The position numbers were made by a program, and so were the translations under genes. The notes beneath the pieces are model-generated. The model saw nothing but the letters and a program-made list of their open reading frames with translations, did no database searches and had not been told where the DNA came from. This document shows, piece by piece, positions 1 through 8,161 of a stretch of DNA of 24,274 nucleotides (the first letter of the stretch is position 1; every line of letters starts with the position of its first letter). The stretch comes from Pseudomonadota bacterium (lineage in GTDB: Bacteria; Bdellovibrionota; FAC87; UBA2466), in NCBI GenBank assembly GCA_043767805.1, contig JAYUGC010000154.1, forward strand, positions 1-24,274. Direction: 5' to 3'.

Positions 1-240
1 GCCCGCAAATATGCCTACCACGTCTTTTTCTCGCGCATGATTCCCGTGCCCTTTCTCAGAACTCAAAAAGACAACACGATGGAAGTGGCGCTCGATCGGC
101 TGGAGCGGCTAGGGCCGAGCCATTTCCCGGGACTCGACGTCATTTGCGACGGCATTCTCAAAGGCACTCCGTTCGTGCATCGCCCGAAGCCCTTGGTCGC
201 TGAGGGACAGGCCGCCAGTTTGTCCCCGGTACCGGCGTGA
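1..240 (+). CDS. C-terminal end of a 5'-truncated protein, probably capsule polysaccharide biosynthesis/GT-B-like
   Basis: Frame 1 is open from base 1 (ARKYAYHVFFSRMIPVPF...GLDVICDGILKGTPF...). Its TGA overlaps the next GTG (GTGA at 237-240). The family call rests only on recalled resemblance of this tail. Confidence 0.6.
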   Translation, partial: ARKYAYHVFFSRMIPVPFLRTQKDNTMEVALDRLERLGPSHFPGLDVICDGILKGTPFVHRPKPLVAEGQAASLSPVPA

Positions 241-1112
241 GCGCTCGGGAGCTGACTATTCTCACCGTCTGTTTTGGCTCCGCGCCGTGGATCGAGCTGA
301 ATCAATCGCTTTATCAGGAAAAAAATCCTGATCTGCCCGCTTCGTGGATCGTCGTTGAGAACGATGCCTCGCCTTGCGGAAACGGAAAAAGCTTTACCCG
401 CATTCCAGGTCCTCCGTCTTTTCCGGCGGGTCCTTCCAGCGCAAGCCTGCACCACGCGGCGGGAATTCGCGCCGGGATCAAAGACGTGCGCTCCCGCTTT
501 CTGCTCGTCCTGGACCCCGACTTTTTTCCGATGATGCCGGAATGGGCGGGTAAATCGATCGAGCATATGAAGGCTCACGAGCTCGCCGCCTTCGGCACGC
601 GCTGGGAGAGCGGCGACTTCACGAAACCCAAAGGCTTTCCCTCCCCGCATTTTTGTCTCATCGACACCGAGCGGCTACCGCTCGCTTTTCTGGATTTTTC
701 TCCCGATCCGGTGGCGACCGAGCTGTCCCGGCCGTGGAAGACAGCCCTCGACCGGTTTTCCGAAGTATCGGGAAAGCGAAGACTCACCCAGTGGCTCAGG
801 CGAAGACTTCTTTCCGGATCGAGCCACGACACGGGCGTGCGACTCGCCAAGCAGTTTCGGCAAGCCCCTGATTTGAAGATTGAATTTCTGGATGTAGTTA
901 GGAGCGAGGACGCCGGGACCCCGGAGTATGACTCGATTTTCTGGGGAGAAAGCCCCTTTGCCCTGCACCTAAGGCAGGTCAGGGCCCGGGATCGTGGACC
1001 GGGCTGGACCGAAGCGTCGGGCAGAAATCTGGTCGAGAAAATGGCCGAAAACCGAGGCGGCAACAGCCCTTCCGGAGGGCGCAATCGGGTTGATCGCCCT
1101 ATACTTTTGTGA
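237..1112 (+). CDS. Putative GT-A (GT2-like) glycosyltransferase; paralog of 3564..4589
   Basis: 291 aa. N-terminal strand ELTILTVCF, then WIVVEN and a DxD-like motif in RFLLVLDPD. Translationally coupled via GTGA. Confidence 0.7.
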   Translation: MSARELTILTVCFGSAPWIELNQSLYQEKNPDLPASWIVVENDASPCGNGKSFTRIPGPPSFPAGPSSASLHHAAGIRAGIKDVRSRFLLVLDPDFFPMMPEWAGKSIEHMKAHELAAFGTRWESGDFTKPKGFPSPHFCLIDTERLPLAFLDFSPDPVATELSRPWKTALDRFSEVSGKRRLTQWLRRRLLSGSSHDTGVRLAKQFRQAPDLKIEFLDVVRSEDAGTPEYDSIFWGESPFALHLRQVRARDRGPGWTEASGRNLVEKMAENRGGNSPSGGRNRVDRPILL

Positions 1113-1141
1113 TGTAGTCCCGAGCAAATTCAGGGGTAATT

Positions 1142-2341
1142 TTGGAGTTTTTCGAGACATTTAGGAAGCTTCCGGGGCGCAATCCTTTGACCCGCGCGGC
1201 CAAGTTGCTGGCGCGATTTTCTCAGCAGATTGAAGAGCTGAAAGCTACCCATGCCGACGCCATCGCCGCGCTTCGCGCCGAGACCCTTAACCTGGCAAAT
1301 TACACCAAGTCCGATCACCGCCAGCTTTCCAAAGCGACGCGGGAGCTGCAGGAGCAAAGTTTCGCCTACGCGTTCAAGGCGGCCAAGCTCGAGCCCCCCG
1401 CTCCCGAAGGCCAGCTCCGCCGCGTGCTCGACGCTCAGAATTTAAAGATGGTCGATATCGGCGGAAGAGGCGGCCCGCTTCCTTCGTTCCGCCACGCGGC
1501 CCCGTTCACGGACCTCTTCACCATCGATCCCGATCCGCAAGCGGCGAAGCAGCTCGAATCCGAGCCGAGCGTAAAGCTTTGGCGCTCGGCGAAGATCGTT
1601 CCGGAAGCCATCGGACCCGAGACGGGAACCGTTAAGCTCAACGTAACCCGAGATCCCGGCCTCAGCTCCGTGCTGAAACCCAATTTTCCGGTCATCGAGC
1701 GCTACTTCTCCCGCGAAGGCTGGGAAGTGGTGAAAGAGCTGGAAGTGCCGTGCCTGACTTTGGACGCGGCGGCCTCAAAATACGGGTTTACGGACGCCGC
1801 CATGTTGAAGCTCGACGTTCAGGGTTACGAGCTGGAGATTTTGAAGTCCGGCCCCGAGCTGCTGAAGCAGGTCGATGCGGTTTACGTCGAGCTGGAGTTT
1901 CTCCCCTTCTACGAAGGGCAGCCTCTCTTCGGAGACATCGATAGTTTCCTGCGCGAGCGTGGCTTCGCACTCATCGATTTGAAACGCTCCTTTTTCCGCC
2001 GGACGAATCGCGTCCCCGCCTCCTATTCGAAGCGTGAGCTCGTATGGAGCCATGGGCTTTATCTGCGCGTTGGGGATCCGCTGCTCGAGAATCTCACGGA
2101 AGCGCAGGCGCGGCGGCGTTTCGCCGTTTACACCGCCCTGGAAGAGTTCGACCTCGCCGTGAGCGTCCTCGAAGACAAACGCCTGGAGACTCTGTTCGAG
2201 GCGGATTTCGGCAAGGATCTTTTGCGGAGTTTGAGAGACCACGCCTTCGCCGTCGGAGAAACGTATTTCCGTACGTCTCCGGAGACGCGCAAGGTCTCGC
2301 TCTACCCCGAGGCTTATACGGATCGATACTGGGAACGCTGA
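1142..2341 (+). CDS. FkbM-family (Methyltransf_21) SAM-dependent methyltransferase
   Basis: Motifs MVDIGGRGG, TLD, MLKLDVQGYELEILK, VELEF..FYEGQPLF..ID.FL...GF. TTG start preceded by AGGGG. Confidence 0.85.
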   Translation: MEFFETFRKLPGRNPLTRAAKLLARFSQQIEELKATHADAIAALRAETLNLANYTKSDHRQLSKATRELQEQSFAYAFKAAKLEPPAPEGQLRRVLDAQNLKMVDIGGRGGPLPSFRHAAPFTDLFTIDPDPQAAKQLESEPSVKLWRSAKIVPEAIGPETGTVKLNVTRDPGLSSVLKPNFPVIERYFSREGWEVVKELEVPCLTLDAAASKYGFTDAAMLKLDVQGYELEILKSGPELLKQVDAVYVELEFLPFYEGQPLFGDIDSFLRERGFALIDLKRSFFRRTNRVPASYSKRELVWSHGLYLRVGDPLLENLTEAQARRRFAVYTALEEFDLAVSVLEDKRLETLFEADFGKDLLRSLRDHAFAVGETYFRTSPETRKVSLYPEAYTDRYWER

Positions 2342-2358
2342 CTTAGAAAGGTAACTAC

Positions 2359-3567
2359 ATGGACCTGCACACCGAGCCTACAGACAAGGCCAAAACGACG
2401 GCGAAGACGACGAAACCCGCGACGCACGAAACTGACAAAGATTATTCCAACTACGTTTGGGTGCGCGATGAGGTTCTTGGAGTTTTGAGACAGCAGAAGC
2501 TGGACGGCATCGCCGCTCCGAGCGAGTACTGGTCCGAAGAGCTGGCCGGCTTCGACTATATGCTGGAAGCGAGCCCGCTCCTCTTTCGGAAACTGCGGCA
2601 GCAGAGTTACCACCTGACGGGAATCAAGCATTACGAGTACCGCTCTTCCCAGACCAAGCTCAGAGACACTTTCGCGCTGAAACTCGCGGAGCTGAAGAAA
2701 GCCGACAAGACGGGCCTCTTCATTCCGGAAAGCCCGGCGCTCGGCGGATTCGGCCACACTATCGACGGACAACTCGTCAACATCGACACCCTGAAATTTT
2801 ACGAAAGCCTCATCGCCCTCGATCGCGGCGGAGTGCTGGAGAAACTCAAAGCCAATCCCCGCTCTCTCGTGCTCGAGATCGGCGCCGGCTGGGGCGGCTT
2901 CGCGTACCAGCTGCTAAAGACCTGTCCGAACACCACCTATGTGGTCGTGGACTTCCCCGAAGTGATTCTTTTCTCGGCCTCTTACCTGAAGACGATGTTC
3001 CCTGGGAGCCGGGCCCTCGTCGTGAAGAATGAAGCGGACAAGAAGGAGCTGCAGGCGAACGCCCGTGACTACGACTTCATCTTCATCCCTCAGGAGAAGT
3101 TCAACGACGTCTGGGATCAGCCGGCTGATCTGGCCGTCAATATGGTCTCGTTCCAGGAGATGACCTCCGAGCAGGTCGACAACTACGCCAAGCACCTCGC
3201 CGAGACCGGCACCAAATGCCTCTATAGCCACAACCGGGACAAATCAAAGCATAACGCCGAGATTTCCGCCGTTAGTGAAATCCTCGCGCGCCACTTCGAG
3301 CTCAAGCGGATCGCCTTTCTCGACGGCGACTACACCAATTTCAACGCGAAAGTGGCCAAGGGGAAGAAAGCGCCTCCGCCGCCCGCGCAGAATAAAATCC
3401 AGCTTCTGACGAAGAAGGTGGCGAATCGTTACCGCCGTTTCGTGAAAGAGAAGCTGCTGGGCGAGGCGGCGCCTCCCGTACTCCCGAAGGGACCGAAGCC
3501 CGGCACGGAATGGATGCTGTACCGGCATCTCATCGGGGCGCCGCGAAGCGCTCCGTCGAACGCATGA
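2359..3567 (+). CDS. Putative sugar O-methyltransferase (TIGR04371-like class I SAM MTase)
   Basis: Motifs PSEYW, VLEIGAGWGGFAY, YVVVDFPE, DLAVNMVSFQEM..EQV..Y. RBS-like AGAAAGG upstream. Confidence 0.85.
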   Translation: MDLHTEPTDKAKTTAKTTKPATHETDKDYSNYVWVRDEVLGVLRQQKLDGIAAPSEYWSEELAGFDYMLEASPLLFRKLRQQSYHLTGIKHYEYRSSQTKLRDTFALKLAELKKADKTGLFIPESPALGGFGHTIDGQLVNIDTLKFYESLIALDRGGVLEKLKANPRSLVLEIGAGWGGFAYQLLKTCPNTTYVVVDFPEVILFSASYLKTMFPGSRALVVKNEADKKELQANARDYDFIFIPQEKFNDVWDQPADLAVNMVSFQEMTSEQVDNYAKHLAETGTKCLYSHNRDKSKHNAEISAVSEILARHFELKRIAFLDGDYTNFNAKVAKGKKAPPPPAQNKIQLLTKKVANRYRRFVKEKLLGEAAPPVLPKGPKPGTEWMLYRHLIGAPRSAPSNA

Positions 3568-4589
3568 GGGGCTCTGAGCTCACTATTCTGTCCGTCTCTT
3601 TCCGGTCGGAGTCGCTGCTGGAGAGAAACCTCCGGCTCACGGCGGAGCTGAACCCACGCACGCCCCACGACTGGATTATCGTGAACAACGAGGCCGCGCC
3701 TTTGCCGAAGCTGGAGGCCGCGGCTCGCGACACGGGCATTCCCCTTCGGCTTATCGACGGGCCTCCTCCCATTCGCACCCAACACGATGCGGGAAGCTAC
3801 CACCACGCGACCGCTCTGATGGCCGGGCTGAAAGAAGTGACCGGTCGTTTTCTGCTCATTCTCGATCCCGATTGCTTCGTCCTTAAAACTGACTGGATCC
3901 CCTGCGCCCTTCAGCGGATGAAACAGGAGTCTCTCAGCTTTCTCGGCTCGCCCTGGGATCCGGTGAATATTTCGAAGCATCAGGGTTTTCCGAGCGTTCA
4001 CTTTCTATTGATCGACCTGGAGAAAGTTCCCCGGGCGCTGCTCGACTTCACTCCGGATCTTCCCGAGACGGCCGACACGCGCAAACGCATCGACTGGCTG
4101 AAGGACAAGTTCCTGGGCACGTCCCTTTTCCCCTGGGCCGAGATCGTTCGTATCGGGCTCGGCTTTCGATCCAGTCGCGATACCGGCTTCCGGATGTTCG
4201 AGCGGTTCAAGGATTCGGAGGAGCATCGGATCGAGCTTTTGAAAATGGCTCTTCCCAAAGAGAAAATGCGGCGGCTGGAAGACATCGCTAACCGCGTGCC
4301 GAGGCCTTTGAAGCGCCCCGCTCATTATCTTTTGAAAAAAACGCTGAGCCACGGGAAGGCGACGCCCGAGTCGCAGCTCAAGCTGACCTTGAAGCTTTTG
4401 GGCTCTCGCGATCTTCGGTTCGAATGGGACGAGTTTCTGTGGGAAGGAAAGCCTTTCGCGGTCCATCTCAGACGTGTGCTGCTCTCCCATCGTTCCGCCG
4501 CCCACTTTCAGTACGATAACGAAGCCAAGGCGAGTCTTTTTCTGGACACTCTGATTCGGCATCGCCGCGCTCCGGAGGCATCCGCATGA
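3564..4589 (+). CDS. Putative GT-A (GT2-like) glycosyltransferase; paralog of 237..1112
   Basis: Start revised from 3510 to the ATG at 3564. It forms an ATGA overlap with the upstream stop, and MRGSELTILSV aligns with the paralog's MSARELTILTV. DxD-like motif in RFLLILDPD. Confidence 0.7.
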   Translation: MRGSELTILSVSFRSESLLERNLRLTAELNPRTPHDWIIVNNEAAPLPKLEAAARDTGIPLRLIDGPPPIRTQHDAGSYHHATALMAGLKEVTGRFLLILDPDCFVLKTDWIPCALQRMKQESLSFLGSPWDPVNISKHQGFPSVHFLLIDLEKVPRALLDFTPDLPETADTRKRIDWLKDKFLGTSLFPWAEIVRIGLGFRSSRDTGFRMFERFKDSEEHRIELLKMALPKEKMRRLEDIANRVPRPLKRPAHYLLKKTLSHGKATPESQLKLTLKLLGSRDLRFEWDEFLWEGKPFAVHLRRVLLSHRSAAHFQYDNEAKASLFLDTLIRHRRAPEASA

Positions 4590-5494
4590 AAAGACCTATC
4601 GCAGTCCACGTGCTTTCAAAGACCGCCAAGCGGTGCTACTGGTCCGACCTCGCGCTCGCCGACGTGAAACAACGCCTCGCTATCGAGAATGCATTGGGTG
4701 TCGAGACGAGAACCGTCTACATCCAGGACGAGTTTCTCGCCGACAGAAATGTCACCCACGTTTTCCTCGAGCAAACCGAAGCCAATCCCCATTGGATGAC
4801 GGCCGTTCGAAAAGACTTTCCCAAGGCGAAAGTGTTTCTGCGCCTTCACCCTGGAACAGATTCTCCGGTGGTGTCCCCTTCCCGCTTCGGCCGCTGGTTC
4901 GCTCCGAAGACGCATCGCCAGCTGGCTCGGGAATGCGACGCGATGCTTGGCCTCAGCGACACGGAAACGCACCGGTATTGGCGCAAGCTCGCTCCGTCGA
5001 GCGATCCCTTTCGCACGATCTCCGTGCCCTATCTGGCTCAGGGGACCGGCACGCACACGAAGCGCGCCTTGGCCGTGGCCGACGCCGCCTTTCATGGCAC
5101 TGCGAATCCCGCGCTGACCGAGCTCCTGAAGAAAACCTTAACCGGAAGGTTTGAGAGCTGCGAAGTGGTATCCAAAGCCTGGATGCTGGGTGATTTTCAG
5201 GGACTGGCTTTGCTCGATCCGAAAAGCAAGGGGTACCTGCCGGAAGTCATGGGCCGCGTGGCCGCCAGACTGCCGGTCTGGCTGACTTACCCTCTCTATG
5301 ACGAGCTTCCTCTCGAACTGAAAGCCTATTGTCAGCCGCTCTCCGAAGTTCCGACCGCCGAGGAGATTGAGTCGGGGCTAAAGGCCGAAGCCATGAAGAC
5401 TTCCTACGATCCAATCGCCGAGCTCGATGCCAGGGTCAAGACGGCTCTTTCCTGGATCTACGAGAAAGCATCTTTCCAGCGGGAATCTCCCTAG
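4586..5494 (+). CDS. Hypothetical protein, possibly a divergent GT-B-like protein
   Basis: 302 aa ORF with an ATGA overlap that fills the operon gap. No diagnostic motif recognised. Confidence 0.65.
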   Translation: MKRPIAVHVLSKTAKRCYWSDLALADVKQRLAIENALGVETRTVYIQDEFLADRNVTHVFLEQTEANPHWMTAVRKDFPKAKVFLRLHPGTDSPVVSPSRFGRWFAPKTHRQLARECDAMLGLSDTETHRYWRKLAPSSDPFRTISVPYLAQGTGTHTKRALAVADAAFHGTANPALTELLKKTLTGRFESCEVVSKAWMLGDFQGLALLDPKSKGYLPEVMGRVAARLPVWLTYPLYDELPLELKAYCQPLSEVPTAEEIESGLKAEAMKTSYDPIAELDARVKTALSWIYEKASFQRESP

Positions 5495-5508
5495 CTATAC
5501 AGGTAAAT

Positions 5509-6336
5509 ATGTTAACCGAGCTTCAGGGACTTCTTTCCAAGGCTAGATCGAGGCTTCCCTTTCCTCCGAAGAAACGGAAGCTGAAAATCGACAGACCTCC
5601 GCTCGACCTCGCAGCGATCAGGAGCTTCCTGGAAGTGGCCACCTCGCTACCCCAAGGGGGCGCGTTGCAGTCAAAGGCGCACATCGCCGGTGCTACGCGG
5701 CTCGTTCAGGCCTTGGGACTTCCTTCCCACCACGACTCACAGAAGAACTGGGACACGCTGAAGATCCTTAACTATCTGCTTTCTCACGTCGATATCAGCG
5801 CGCCCATTCTGGACGCTGGCTCGGGCTCGAGAAGCGCGATTTTGGGTTGGCTGTACGAAGTGGGGTACCGAAATCTGTTTGCTTGTGACAGAGCACCGGT
5901 AAAGAGAAAGTTTTACACGTGCCGGAACATTCCCTTCACCGAGCAGGATCTCACCTCGCTGTCCTATCCGGATGAGCAGTTCGCCGCGGTCACTTCCATT
6001 TCGGTAATCGAGCATGGGGTCGACCTGGGTAAGTTCTTCGCCGAAACGGCGCGGATACTCAAGCCCGGTGGCTGGCTTCTCGTCTCCACCGATTATTGGC
6101 CCGAGACCGTCAACTGCGCGGGAATCTTCCCCTACGGCGAAGGGAACGGCGAAATGAAGATATTCAATCGGCAGGAAATCGAGAAACTCCTTCGCCTGGC
6201 CAAGAAGCATGGCCTGGAACTCGCGGACACCGTCGACCTCGCGGCGACGGAAAAATCCGTCCGCTGGGAAAAAGTCGACAGAGATTACACGTTTCTCTTC
6301 TTGCCCTTCTGCAAGCGCGCCAGTCAGGAAGCCTAG
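5509..6336 (+). CDS. Class I SAM-dependent methyltransferase (Methyltransf_11-like)
   Basis: Motifs ILDAGSG, QDL..LSYPDEQF..V..ISVIEH, RILKPGG.L..STDY. Confidence 0.88.
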   Translation: MLTELQGLLSKARSRLPFPPKKRKLKIDRPPLDLAAIRSFLEVATSLPQGGALQSKAHIAGATRLVQALGLPSHHDSQKNWDTLKILNYLLSHVDISAPILDAGSGSRSAILGWLYEVGYRNLFACDRAPVKRKFYTCRNIPFTEQDLTSLSYPDEQFAAVTSISVIEHGVDLGKFFAETARILKPGGWLLVSTDYWPETVNCAGIFPYGEGNGEMKIFNRQEIEKLLRLAKKHGLELADTVDLAATEKSVRWEKVDRDYTFLFLPFCKRASQEA

Positions 6337-6350
6337 TTACGGTGCTCTTC

Positions 6351-6372
6351 CGAACCTTCCGGGAAGGTTTCG
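6351..6372 (+). terminator. Short hairpin after the + strand operon, a possible weak terminator
   Basis: AACCTTC-CGG-GAAGGTT (6353-6369), 16 nt after the stop at 6336. There is no real U-tract. Confidence 0.25.
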
Positions 6373-6578
6373 CGTGTCCCGCCAGCTCGAGAACCCGGGG
6401 TCTTTTCCCAGGTACTCGTTCGCCTATTTTGGCCGCCGACCCAGTCGTACTCTCCGTCTACGATCACGATTTTCCGATGGTTTCTGAAGTGGGAAGGGAG
6501 CGAATTTGGGGGCCGCTTGTAACGGAACTGCGTCGATATATCTCGCCGCAGGTGACGTAATTTCCGTGTATATTTATC
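6373..6578 (-). pseudogene. cls: Frameshifted remnant of a cardiolipin synthase (PLD superfamily, first HKD region)
   Basis: Minus strand 6488-6426 reads FRNHRKIVIVDGEYDWVGGQN. After 5 nt (AGGCG, 6425-6421), another frame reads NEYLGKDPGFSSWRDT (6420-6373). There is no ATG/GTG/TTG start upstream of the HKD motif, and an in-frame TAA lies at 6599-6597. The 5' boundary is approximate. Confidence 0.8.
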
Positions 6579-6679
6579 ACAACGCAGGCGTGAATATTAT
6601 TTTGAGCGGCTCAGATGTGCTCAATTGGATAGATATTAATAAAATCGCTGATTGAGCGAATTGGAGAGATAGCAGTTCG

Positions 6680-6707
6680 CGGCGGTGACCAAGTTGAGTC
6701 ACCGCCG
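6680..6707. terminator. Perfect 10-bp GC-rich hairpin downstream of the dioxygenase stop
   Basis: CGGCGGTGAC-CAAGTTGA-GTCACCGCCG, 28 nt past the minus-strand stop at 6736. No U-tract, so it may be an mRNA stability element or an atypical terminator. Confidence 0.45.
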
Positions 6708-6735
6708 GGACGCGCGCTGCGAGAAAATCCAACGG

Positions 6736-7803
6736 TCAACCAATATGAGCCGGCTGATAGAGACCGTTGAGAAGGTAATTTACGAAGAATTTGTTTTCAG
6801 AGGAAGAAAATCGGGAGAGCGCGGGGCGAGCTCTCTTTCCAAAAACAGGAAACGCGGTTGAAAATGGAGAGAGGTAATGTAGGAATAGAAGGTACCTAGA
6901 TTTTTCTCCTGGCCTACTTCCGAAGTGGTAGCAGTTACTCGTGTCAACGAAAGCCAAATCTCCTCTTTTTCCTGTGAATTCCACCCAATCTCTTCTTGGA
7001 ACAAATCTTAGGACCTCGGTATCATCAAGCCTTTTCTGATAACTAAGATGGCCACCGCGAGAACGAATTTCCTGCGTCTTATCAAGAGGCAGAAAAGTTA
7101 GTGGGGAGTTCAATTCAGTAACATCTCGAATTGGTATGAATATTTTTACTTGCTTAAACCCCTCTGGATCAACGTGGAACAATTGAGATTCGCCGATTTG
7201 TTTGTCATTGGGGGAAAAGAGAATTCTTAGCGACCCTAAAACAGGAAAAACGCCGAGATAGGCAGTAACTATTTCCAGTATAGATGGGTGGCTCGCCAAT
7301 TTGAAGATGGACGACTTATTACTAAGATAATGGGTGAAAGGGATGTGCTTTATTGGATTGTTAATTGTCTTGCCGACCTCTTTCAAGAACAAACCTCTTT
7401 CCTCTTTATTAAGACGTTCAAGCGAAGTAGGTTGGGCTAAGTACTGTTCATAGCCTTGAATTGCCTCATCACATTCCCTTAAAGCATTTTCGACCAGGTC
7501 GGGGACAGAAGACTTCGTAATGAGGTATCCGTTCGAGAGGCGTTTTCCGTGGATTTCCGTTCCTATTTCTGTGTCATGAAGCCTAAGGAATTTTCTCCTA
7601 ACGAGAAGGTTTTCCGCGAATTGCCGCGGCCGAGCAGCTCTAGACAAGCCTTCTAGAAATATTCGCAATTTTCTGGGTACGACTTTTCCTCTGGTGGCTC
7701 CGGAAAAATCTGGGATTTCTTTGACACTATTAAAGAGGAAAAACCGCATTTGTCGCCAAAATATTGCTCTTCGGCCTGAAACAGACAGCTCTTGCGAACT
7801 CAT
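6736..7803 (-). CDS. Fe(II)/2-oxoglutarate dioxygenase, PhyH-like
   Basis: HxD in SQLFHVD, then VKIFI..D...SPLTFLP, GKRGD..FVDT..CYH (distal His) and a downstream Arg. RBS GAAAGGAAG. Low GC. Confidence 0.8.
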   Translation of the reverse strand: MSSQELSVSGRRAIFWRQMRFFLFNSVKEIPDFSGATRGKVVPRKLRIFLEGLSRAARPRQFAENLLVRRKFLRLHDTEIGTEIHGKRLSNGYLITKSSVPDLVENALRECDEAIQGYEQYLAQPTSLERLNKEERGLFLKEVGKTINNPIKHIPFTHYLSNKSSIFKLASHPSILEIVTAYLGVFPVLGSLRILFSPNDKQIGESQLFHVDPEGFKQVKIFIPIRDVTELNSPLTFLPLDKTQEIRSRGGHLSYQKRLDDTEVLRFVPRRDWVEFTGKRGDLAFVDTSNCYHFGSRPGEKSRYLLFLHYLSPFSTAFPVFGKRARPALSRFSSSENKFFVNYLLNGLYQPAHIG

Positions 7804-8161
7804 TTCTTCCTTTCAAATATGCTGCGGAGTTTTGCCAGTATTCGCGGTGACGTCAACCTCGAGCTGGGTGAGCGCGCGCGACGCGTCCAGAAGGGCATGG
7901 CCCATACAAAATGCGACATGCTTACGACGACCGGCAATAGAGCCGGCGACGTAAGCTTCAAGGCTTTGCTCAACGATCCGACGAAATATCCTTGCCGCCG
8001 GTCTGACGTCATACATTACTGGAAAAAGGATTCGTTCACCCAGTTTCTCCGACTGAGTTCGGATACAAGAACAAACGTTATGGCGGACCTTTTGCTTTCA
8101 CCAGAATCTCTGAAATCAAAAAGAAACAATTGCTCATGCTGCAACTCTGACTGCCGTTCGT

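Noticed and set aside
6096..6560. 154-aa + strand ORF extending into the intergenic gap
   Set aside because: Out of frame within the methyltransferase and antisense to the cls remnant, which explains the open frame.
6681..6690. GGCGGTGACC as an ops/JUMPstart element
   Set aside because: It does not match GGCGGTAG, lies between convergent genes rather than in a leader, and is part of a hairpin arm.
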